This document shows, in pieces, positions 52,121-64,000 of a stretch of 64,000 nt of DNA. The notes beneath the pieces are model-generated. The model was given only the letters and a program-made list of their open reading frames with translations. It had not been told where the DNA came from and ran no database searches. How positions within the stretch are numbered: the first letter of the stretch is position 1; every line of letters starts with the position of its first letter. Location: NCBI RefSeq assembly GCF_009914755.1, contig NC_060932.1; one strand, 5' to 3'. The stretch comes from the human T2T-CHM13v2.0 reference genome, Homo sapiens. Position numbers and translations under genes: made by a program.

Positions 52121-55100
52121 TATCTGCCCTCCTGAAGCTCATAATGAAGTTAAGAGAGAGAATCTACACATAGATCGATTAGGGAAAATGCAATTCAGAG
52201 ATAAAATTCATGGTTGAAAATAGTGACGTCTCAAGAATATTGCATTGCAGAGGATAAAAACTTAATTCCTATCACCATTTTTTTTAGTTTATACAAGAGT
52301 AACTATTTTAAAATTTCTATTGCAAACTGGTGTGCTGCATTTGTACACACACACACACACACACACGCACAAAGATTTGATAAGACATAGAGAAATGAGA
52401 TGTCCAATAGGACAACACGTAACTAGATGGGCAAATTAAGGTAAGCCATCCAGCTAAATAAGCCTTTGGTAAATTTATTTCTGGGAATTCTGTAGCAGGA
52501 ATTATCTTCAGTTTGCTGGAATTAAGATGAGCCAAAAGGGGGTTATATCTTACTCTTTTGGCCTAAGCAATACATTGTTCAGAGAGGAGGATCTCCAGGA
52601 AGGATCTTGCAGGCCTTGAACAAAAGTTCACTGGAGTTTCTGAGAATATGCCTTACAGAAATGCACTCAAACAGCCTAAAGAAATGAGAGTTCTAATAAC
52701 AATAGAATAAACCTCAGTGTCAGGAATTCACAGAAAAAAGGGGGAAAAATTGTAGAAAGGGATTAAGAAACACATTTTTATATACTCAAGAAAGAAAGCT
52801 CACTGATATACATGTATAGAACCTTAAAGACCTTTTCCTGAATAGTGTTATCTTTTAAAAAAACACTGGTAATAAAATTAACTTTGGAGATCTAACAAGA
52901 CTAAAGAAGTACTGTGAACTTTTGGACTCTGAAACTAAGAAAAAGACTGACAAAGGTGATGATGTAGGTTACTGCTAATAGAACATGTTTAAACTTTGGC
53001 TGCCATGATTCATTTTACACCTTGTTTGAGTAGGATGGTGTGACTATTATGACTGTCCTGTTGAATTTCTAAGTTTTCTTTTATCCCATATCCTCTTTGA
53101 AATTCACAAGCCAAGATATAATCATGAAGTTTTAAGGGTAAAAAAACCTATTCTGCCTTCTCAGATAGTCCTAAATACAATTCAACAAATCATCAAATTT
53201 GTCTAGGAAATAAAATTTGAGCATTTACTAAGTTTAAGTCTTTTTTTATTAGGTGTAATAAAAGAGAAATTTTTAAAAGACCACAGAATCCAATAGACCA
53301 ATAAAAACTGAAATAATAATGGGGACAATAGTTTTCCTATCAGTATTTCCAGTCTTCCCCCATCACCACTCCATCTTCCTTTTAAGAACCTATTATTCAA
53401 TTCTACCATCTAATGAGAATTTAGTTTTTTCTCAGCTGATTACTAGGCCTTTTGCAACACAGAATTGGGAGAACAGATATACAAGTTAGAGAGATAAGAG
53501 GAAAAAGAAGATTCTCAGATAAACAATGCTAGAGGTTTCCTTTGTTGAGAATAAACCAGGTAAAGGTTGAAACAGATTTTTAAAAAGTTGTTTAACATGT
53601 TTAAGTCAACATGCGTAATTTAGAATAAAGAATTACAAGGAGGATTTTTAAAGCAGTGATATGGGTTTTTAAAATAAGTTTGAGAGGTTTGACAAGTAAG
53701 ACATTTAAATGAAAATACAGAATGAAACAAAATTGGGAAGGAGAGAAAAGGACCTTTTATAGGTTCTGAATAAGATCTTTAATATCCTAAAAGGTATGTA
53801 AGTAAATATTGGGAATTCTCTTCAATTATTTCTGGATTTCAGATGAAACTTTTTTGAATTAGGCTCTATACAAAGAGGAGGCCACAGGGGACCTGATGGT
53901 TTATTAAAGGATATTCATTTAATAGACATGGTAACAGAAGCACATACATATCTATGATAAATGTCTGAAACTGCTAAATAGTAGCAAATGAACATGGAAC
54001 ATCCCATACAGATTCTGGGAAAGAAACCTCACTTGACAGGATATATTATGAAAAATGAATCACTGAAATTATTTATTGGAATAAGTATTTCACTGAAGAA
54101 AGAAAAATTAGGCATTCTGTGTAGAAAAACTGACATAAACTAAGGTACACAGGTAGGAAAACAAGATCATATAATTTAAAAATAATCCCTGTTAGCCAGA
54201 GCACAGTGTGTACATGCTAAGCCTGAGGAGAGACACTAGACTAGGTGGAGAAGATATCTGAGACTCTATGGAGAAGGACCTGGAAGCCTCCAAAGCTAAT
54301 GAAAGTCAGTAAGGATTTGAGGGTGTGCCTGAAATAGTTCAGAAGTGGCTGGCAGGCCAGCTCCCAGACCAGTCAGAGAAAACTGTAAACATCAAGGCAT
54401 GTCCCACACACAAGGACCCTGAGCCGCAGATAAGGCTCGTGCTGAGGAGCCTAACACAGAAATGAAAGAATTCTGAAAGTGAGAGTTAAATTTTTTAAGG
54501 TAGGCTAAGGGCTAGAGATGAAAGTAGACATAGGACTTATTCAAAGGTTAATAATTTAGTAGCTGGAAAAGCCAAAGAGATGTCAGAGGGTAAATGAGAA
54601 GCAGCAGAGGTGCATACAATGAGGCACAGATAGGGTTCTTTCTGGCAAAGCAGCTGCTGCTGTCCTTTATCCATATCCTACTCATGCCCTTGCCCTGATT
54701 CACTCCTCAGTTTTTAAAGGCACCCTCTGTCTCCACTCATAACATGTGGTTCAAGTATAAGAGAAAGATGTCTTTTTATATTGCACCATAGGAAGGGGGT
54801 AGAAGACTTTTCTCAGAGTAGTAGTAACTATTATGTTCTGAATATGTTTCAGATGCTTGATTATATTACCTCTTTCTCATAGTTACTCTGAAATATGAAT
54901 ATATTTATTTCCTTATAAGTGAGCAGTCTTAGACTCAGAGAACTTAAGAGCCTTCTCTTAGGCCATGTAGGTTTTATGTTGCAAAGGCAGGACTAAAAAT
55001 TATGTCCATCTTCTCTGATCCATCTCAATCCAGACCAGCCAAATTTCAAATGTCTTGGCTACCATATTATACAGCACAGAACTCTATACCGTATTCTGCT

Positions 55101-57224
55101 TTCTGACAATTAAACAAGGAGAGGATTCACTTTTGCAGGATGGAGGTGTACAGTGTGCATGTATGTGTATAGTTATTTCTCAGTGATGCTCAACTCTGGT
55201 TTCCTGTCCAAATCAGCTGGAAAACTTTTTAAAGATTAAGAACTCAGCCAAATTTCCGTAGATTTTGATTTTATTGTAAGGAGAGGTTCAGGCATAGGTA
55301 TTTTTTAGCTTTGTATTAAAGTATAATAAATATTTTAAAGTACCCATAAATGTTCAATTTGATGGATTTTTCTAAAATGAACACTCAGGTAACCAACATC
55401 CAGATCAAGGATCCAAATATCTTAACATACTGGAAGCTCCTGTCATGTTCCTTTCTAGTCATCACTCACTAGAAAGAACTGTATCCTCTGAGACTGGTGA
55501 ATGCTAAATCCTCATCTGTCCCTCCAGAGTAGGCTCCGAAGTTCAGCCCAGAATGGTCACCTAATGCATTTATGAAGGCTCATTGCAAGTCACTCTTCTG
55601 TGGAGTTCTATTGTCATGTTTCTCAGGTCAACCTGAAGCTCCCAAAATCATAACTCACCTGCAAACCTATTCATATTTTAGAAGTGTTTACCCAAGGAAG
55701 TACAGGTCCTTCAAACCACTATATCCCCTCGTCCATGCAGGTCCCATCTCCATTCAGTTCTGAACCATCAAGCTGGCTCCACCTCTGTTCAGCTCTTCTT
55801 AGCTGCATGATCCCAGGGATTTGGTCCTGTCCTTGCCTTTCCTGAACTATCCATCTATTTTTTCATCTGAGTTTCCTTTCCCTCATTATCAAAAGATCAG
55901 ATGGATGACAACTTTGTGAAGCCAGTATCACAGATGTCAGTTCCCTGCTGAACAGGCTATAAGTCCCAGGCTTACTCCCCTTTTCTTGGTACATAATTTC
56001 CCAACATTTTGCTCTAGCCCATCTCATTACCACACAGATCCTCTGGTCCCATAAGCTAATTTCTGTAGAAACAGCATTTGTTCTTCCTGTTGGTCATTTA
56101 CCTGCTTCAGATTTAAGTAATTTAAAATATATTTACTATGAAAACTCAAAATTGTTGCCTTTAATACAATAGCATTCCCTCACTGACATAATCAGAAAGT
56201 TATCATCAATTAAAATATTTCCTAACTCTAGCCAATCTGAAAAGCATAAAAGTGGACTGAATCCTTAGGCTCTATGATTTAATAAGTCCTGAATAAACTG
56301 CTTCTAGATGTATTAAACACCCAGCAACATTTGGCCTGTCATTTACTGGAATTACAATTGCTTCACAGTCTCGCTTTTTTCTGTGCTCTCAGAACAATGC
56401 CTTGTTGTACTTCCAGCCCATACAAGAATATTTTGAATGAGTCTGACTTTGCAAAGACAGCACTTGCTGTTGAGAAAGGGAAAACATGACCATCTGTTCT
56501 CTCCCTTCGTGGATCAATCTGACAATATCCTAATACAGCTGTCTTCCTTCTTGACTCCATCCTACTCAGCCCACCTGCCTGCTTCTGCCAGTTTCCTACT
56601 TGAGCTTCCTCACTTACATTGTGTCTCTCCACATTCCTCTCCTCCTACTCACATATCACTATTCTCCTTCATTTTATCTCTTCATGATTTTTATAATTTT
56701 CAAGAATGCCTAATCAGTTGCTCTCCATTCTGCATCCTCCCAGTTTCAACTTTCTTCCTCAATCTCTCTACCCGGCACTTCCTGCACACCTCTCAGCCAC
56801 TACCCACCTTTACTTGGGAGGAAGAGAAAAAAAAGAAATGAGCTCCAGACTCAAGCTGCTAGATATGATTCAGTCTAAAGTTTGTTGGAAGTATGGAGCC
56901 CCTCGGTATTGGCGAGGAACAGGTGGTACAAGGCAAAGTAGGAGAGGAGGGATGCATAAATAATGCTGGTGGTAAGAGTAGTCTTCACCTCTATTATTCA
57001 TCAACTGAATGACACCTCTGAGTCATTCATCAACTAGGAGAGAGGTGGTGGGTGGTACCCAGTTCCACTAACTGCTGCCACCATGAGAATCAGAAATTTT
57101 ACGAGTTCCCCAAATATCAGAGAGACACCTTGATTTGTCATCTGTCTATCCAGTGGAATTCCAAATGACTGACAATTTTAGAAAACACTTGGAAAAAAAA
57201 TATATGAAAAGCTTATTTTAATCG

Positions 57225-57450
57225 CCATAGCCTCAGAATCTATACTCCTTACTCATTAAATGTATGATTTTAGACAATTTACTTCACCAATCCCAGTCTC
57301 AGTTTCCTATCTGTAAAAGGAAATAATATAGCATCTCTTAGGAATGTTGACTGATAGCTCCTAAGAAGAATGTTAAAAGGTTGAGATTAATCAATAAATG
57401 TAAAGTATTGGGAACAGTGCCTGGCACTTTATGTAAATAAATATTAGCTT
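57225..57450 (+). mobile_element. MIR SINE
   Basis: AGTCTCAGTTTCCTATCTGTAAAAGG...AACAGTGCCTGGCAC. Confidence 0.75.
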
Positions 57451-60400
57451 CTAATATGGTTGTTGTTTTGTCGTTATATGAGATATGTTGATTATAGTCT
57501 TAAATGACTCAGAGAGCAGTCAAATGGCTTTTAGCTCTCATAAATTAGTACCCTCATCTGCACAGAGATTTTATTCATTTATTTACTGAACAGATATGAA
57601 GGAGTTCCCACCTAATATGTGTCAGATATTTTCAAGATGCTTGCTATCCAATGACTTAACCACAGTCATAAAACTCAGTTTAATTGCATCCCAGCAAATC
57701 AAATATTTATATTAGAGGGTTTCCTCTAGTTTAGTGTAGAAAATCCGAATTTGGTGGAGCAAAGTATTATTAACTATTTGAATCAAGAGTTATGAAATGA
57801 AGAGAAAGAAATGCAGAGACAGAGAAAAAGAGACAGACAAAGAGAGAGAGAGAATACTTCAGGACTATCTTCAAGTCAACATAAGAAATTCAGTCCTAAC
57901 TTTTTCTTAACAACTGTTATCTTTGCAGTTTCACAATGTCACTAGATAGTAGAAAGGGGCATAAATTCTCTTAATTATATAAAATATAAAGCCATCAGAG
58001 ATTGGCACTGGAAGGACAATAAGAAGCATCGGACAGACTTAGTCATTTGATGACATTTCCTTTGGCACCTCTGACAGCTACTTTCTTGATAATTTTCTGA
58101 TTTAAGTGCAGATAAAATCCCATTCTCTTGGCTCCCTGAGTAAAACTGAGACCAGGCAGAGTCTGGTAAACATTGAGGAAGAACAAAAGGAAGAAAAACA
58201 GAAAGTATAGATTGACCAGCTGACTAAAGGAAGATTTTTCTTTTTAATTTTTTAAAATTTTTATAATCTAGTTAACCTCAGCCCAGGATCTCCAGGCCTT
58301 TGTTTTTGTGCATGGGGTCCTCCAAAGAAAGATTAGGTACTGTTTAGAAAATTTCCCCTTTTTAGCTGTAGGCTCTTCCTCCCATTCCAGTTTCTGGCCT
58401 AAGAGAGACTCCTCTTCTGCTAGTTAGATATATCATGAAAGCTGTCTTTAAATAAATACCTACTTTCACATATAGTATTAATTATGTGATTAACGTAACA
58501 CTGACATGTTATTCATTCACACTGATGAAGTATTTTCTGGCTGAAAAGTTAGTCCTGAAACTCACATATTCTTAACAAGATATATAGGGGCTATGATGAT
58601 TGTCAATCTATTTACTCAACTAGAAAAGCTAACTTTTAAAATTATTTATACAATAGTAAAATAAAAAGTATTTTCCTCCCAGACCTAAGAAAACTCCACA
58701 TAACAGACATTCTGGGTAATCAAATATTTACTATAAGTGTCTTTGAATAAATACCTGTGTTTAATAAAGCATATTTCTCAATCAGATAGGAAAGCCAGGT
58801 TACTTAACAATAATTAAACCAGTCTTTCATATATCACAAGTAAAAAATAAAAGTATATCTTTATATATTTCTGTGTTTTTCTATGTTTCTATATTTCTAT
58901 TTTATAATCTTTATTTCTATAAATATGACAAATAATAAGTAATAGATATCTGCCTCCTGGTGGCCATATGCAGTTCTAAGAGAGAAAAAAAAGTACCCTG
59001 TGTCTCTTAAAGCACAACAAAAAGATTTTGTTTTAGAAAACTGCTTACTCAGAAAAGCAATGTAGGTTGGCTTGATACCAATCAGGGAACAAGTCAACTG
59101 TGGTAGCCAATATGACTGTCTTCCAAGAACACTGTGGAACACAACAGGTCCCCTTTTTCACTCAATCGACTTGTGAGCCATTAATATATGCACATAAGCT
59201 TCAAAATATTCTTAGGAAAACCAATTTGAAATGAATTAAAATGTTTGCCTGGCAATTCTAATATATTTATCAAGAATATCTTCCCTAAGACTCCAAGATC
59301 TTATAGTACAGTTTGCCTTTGTTATCTTTAGCTAATCAGAATATGCTTCATGTAAGTTTTCCTGATCTAAAATCTCCTTGGTCAATCAGATATGGCCAAA
59401 AAAATACAGGCTTTTTTGTTTGCTTAAGTGTCTTTACTTGGCAACAGAATAAACCTCTTGGGAAGTACCAAACATGCCTTGACAGAAACATAGCACTGGA
59501 ACTACCTGCTAGAAATGAAGGAGACTTTGCCAAAACAATAATTAACTGAAGCAAATTTTTAAACTATGAATTATCAACAATCTTAATTTTTGAAGCATTG
59601 CCTTAGTAGAAAAAAAAGGTGAAATATATTGCATTTTGAGTAAGTAATAAATATTTGACTTAAATACTTATAAACTTTACAGAATATTTTGAATACAAGA
59701 AACACATATCAATAGACAATAAGAGCAGCTAAGATTATCACATAATTTTTAAATGATTAGATAAATTAACCCAAGACTAATTAAGTACTTAAATCACTTT
59801 TTATTGGAATATGAAGATGCTGTTGGGAAAGTGACACAGAACATATTTATGTTTTACTCAAAACACGTTAGTGATTAGTGCTGGTCTGCAGATGAGAGAG
59901 GATTGAATGGTTATTATTTTAACACAGGTAACAAACATAACAAACAAGTTAACTGAACCCATGCCACTGAACACACAGGTATACAAGATATTTCTTTAAA
60001 CTCTATCAGAAATATTTTCTTTCTCCCTTTTTTAAATTATTTTTTGAGAAATACAGCACAGTTATATTATCATAGATGAACGCTTGCTTAAATAACTGAA
60101 GAAACAATTCACAAGAAGAGATAATATATTTGATTACTAAAGACAAACACTCATTATAGCTCTCTAATATGAATTATAATTTTTAAAAATATTGATAGAA
60201 AATGGTAAGCATATATCAAGTAAAAAGTAGTGTAATGAACTTCCATGTAGCCATTATCCAGCTCCAACATTCTCGGACAATCTTTTTTTGTCTATATTCC
60301 CACAGGAAGTATAACCCACTGGATTACTTTGAGGACGATCCAAACATCCTATCATTTTAGTTTTAAATACTTCGGTTTGCATCTCTGAAATAGTGTTTTG

Positions 60401-60580
60401 CCCATAATCATAATAGCATTATTATAACTTAAAGAAAGAATAATGCCTTATTATAAAATAGTCACCCTTCCAGTTTGCAATTGTCTCATAAGTGACTATA
60501 TAGTTAGTTGGTTAAATCTGGGTTCATAATAGATCCATACGCTGTAATTATTATTAAGTCCCTTGAAACTCTTTTTATTA

Positions 60581-60659
60581 TTAGGTTGGTGCAAAAGTAA
60601 TTGCAGCTTTTGGCCTTAAAATTAATGGCAAAAACCACATTACTTTTCAACCAGCCTAA
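60581..60659. mobile_element. MADE1 (Hsmar1 mariner MITE)
   Basis: TA|TTAGGTTGGTGCAAAAGTAATTGC...ATTACTTTTCAACCAGCCTAA|TA; ~80-bp near-palindrome with TA TSD. Confidence 0.9.
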
Positions 60660-60799
60660 TAATAGGTTTTATCATTTAGCACAGTTTTAGATTTGCAGAT
60701 TGATTGAGTATACATTACAGAAAGTTCCCATATAAACCTTGCACACAATTCCCCCAATTATTAACATCTTACATTAGTATGGTAAATTTATTAGAACTA

Positions 60800-61125
<326 letters not shown>

Positions 61126-62167
61126 TAATAAATTATTATTAACTCAAGTTCATATGTTATTCAGATTTTCTTGTTTTCACCTAATGTCTTTTCTCTATTC
61201 TAGGATCTTACTCAGATTACCACATTGTGTATACATCTTGTCACAGCTCTTTAGGCTCTTCTTGCCTGTGGCAATTTTTCAGAGTTTCCTTCTTTTTAAT
61301 TACTTGATGGTTTTGATGAGTATTGAGTCAGATGTTTTGTAGGTTGTCCCTCAATTTAAATGTTTGATGTTTTTCTCACTATTAGACTGAGGTTATGGGT
61401 TTGAGGGAAGAAGACTGTGAAAGCAAAGGGCCATTTTCATTATGTCATATTAAGGATACGTATTATCACTCTGACTTATCACTGTTGATGTTGACCTTAA
61501 TTACCTAGTAGAAGGCACTTTTGTCAGGTTTCTCCCTTGTAAAGTAATTCTTTTAATTTCCCTCTTTGCTGTACTGTACCTTTGATAAAGAAGACATGAT
61601 TTGAAGCTCACACTAAGTTGTGGGGACTCATGCAACTTCGTTTGGGGTGGAGTTTCTGCATTATTTCTTTGGGGTTCTTCTGCATGGGAGATTTATCTCT
61701 TCTCTCCCATTAACTTATTTATTCAGTTCTTATAGATTCAGATATTTATGTTATGTTTTAGATTATAATACAGTGCTTCTTTATTTATTACTCAAATAGT
61801 TTTAGCTTTGGTCATTGGAAACTCTTTCAGTGAGCTCCTGTGCCCCTTTGACATACCCCAATCACAAACCAGTGTAAGATATTTTGGGGGTTTGGTTTTG
61901 GTTTTCATTTTGGTTTTGGTAATTTAATACTTTCTTACTTTCTGGCACGACAAGATGATCTAGGCTCCTCTTGAATATTTCTTCCCAGTTCTAGAATCAG
62001 CCATTTTCCCCAAGGAGCCCTGATTCCTTAATTGGAGAACGATATTAGAATTCAAGATCTGGGTACTAGATCCACCCATTGCTATTGGGGTCTCATTTCT
62101 TTTAGGCTGTCTCATCTGACACAACAAATAAATATATGTATGTGTACCAAGCTATGTATATATGCAC

Positions 62168-62824
<657 letters not shown>

Positions 62825-63266
62825 TACCTATAAGTATTTCTAGATGTTATCATCTGTATCTATATTACATTAGACATAAGTTCATACTAATGTGTCCAAC
62901 TCTAATCCATTATGACTTGAATCATTTTAGCCTTTTCCCCTTATTTATATAAAAATTCCCATTCCAGCAATGAGAAAATTGGCTCCCACTATCTAACATC
63001 CATTTATTTATTGTCCCATTCCAGTTTACATGTGTAACTATGTCACAGTTGCTAGCCTATACCTACATGGGACACAAATTTATCAACTAGAATACAACAC
63101 TTATGCATGCTGTTCTTTTTGCCTTTAATCATACAAACTCCATTTATTTCTAAAGTTACTAAAGTAGATACCACTACACTAAGTGAGATTGTCTTGTGCG
63201 TTTTTAATTCAGTTAGATTGTCTTGTGACAGCCTGCATTCTTTCCTGGGATCCTCTGACTCCTTAA

Positions 63267-63267
<1 letters not shown>

Positions 63268-63328
<61 letters not shown>

Positions 63329-63373
63329 ATATATGTATATATATACATATATATACACACACATATATATATG
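63268..63373. repeat. Compound (TG)n/(TA)n microsatellite
   Basis: ~26 perfect TG units followed by TA/CA tracts. Confidence 0.95.
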
Positions 63374-64000
63374 TACTCATAAATTTCATGTATTAAAGCT
63401 AAATCTTTGGGCTGTAAACTCTTGTGGGTTTTAACAAATGCATAATGGCATGTATGTATAATGGCATGTATGCATCATTACGGTATAATACAGAATGGTT
63501 TTACCAGCCTAAACATCATCTACGCATCACCTATTTACCAAGTCCCCCTATCCTAAGCTCCAGGCAACCACCGATATTTCATTGCCTCTATAATTTTCCC
63601 TTTTCCAGAATGACATATTTTTAAGCAGAGTATGTAGCCTTTTCAAACTGGCTTCTTTTGCTTAGCAATATTCATTTAAGTAATATGCATGTGTCCATGT
63701 CTTTTATGATTTGATAACTTTTTATAGCTGAATAATATTTCCTAGTATAGATGTACCACAGTTTGTTTATACATTCACCTATTGAAGGACATTTTGCTTG
63801 CTTCCAGTTTGGGTCAATTAAAAATAAAAGACCAGTAAACATTTGCATGAAGGCTTTTGTGTAGACAAAAGTTTTCAACTCAATTGGGTAAATACCTAAG
63901 GGCATGCTTGCTAGAGTAAGTGGTTAAACTATGTTTACCTTCCAAAACAGTTGCCAGCCTTTCTCCAAAGTAATTGTACCGTTTTGCCTTCTTACCAACA

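Noticed and set aside
56437-56841. Longest ORF in the track (134 aa)
   Set aside because: Pyrimidine-rich low-complexity sequence giving S/L/P/F/H bias; no recognisable protein or exon context.

Overview
Primate (almost certainly human or great ape) genomic DNA: AT-rich, CpG-depleted and dense in Alu, L1, L2, MIR, MaLR and DNA-transposon fossils. It holds the 3' part of PKIA (cAMP-dependent protein kinase inhibitor alpha) on the + strand: a 129-nt non-coding exon (16336-16464), two coding exons (CDS 41911-42061 + 45268-45347, 76 aa, with the RRNAI pseudosubstrate and [13 protein letters not shown]) and a ~3.4-kb 3'UTR with proximal and distal poly(A) signals. The main first exon lies upstream of the window. 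No other protein-coding gene is supported. Main unexplained observations: (1) a ~340-bp insertion in a MER58A near the first coding exon, made of a ~98%-identical inverted copy of an L1 segment 2 kb away plus serial AT fold-back palindromes; (2) an uORF overlapping the PKIA AUG whose stop overlaps the AUG of a 35-codon +1-frame ORF; (3) a candidate intronic AP-1/TATA promoter with a consensus donor; (4) an antisense THE1C LTR with promoter and donor motifs; (5) a perfect intronic CRE; (6) a MER85 piggyBac MITE; (7) a NAGNAG acceptor. Repeat subfamily names are from recalled consensus sequences, not a RepeatMasker run, and boundaries of old repeats are approximate.
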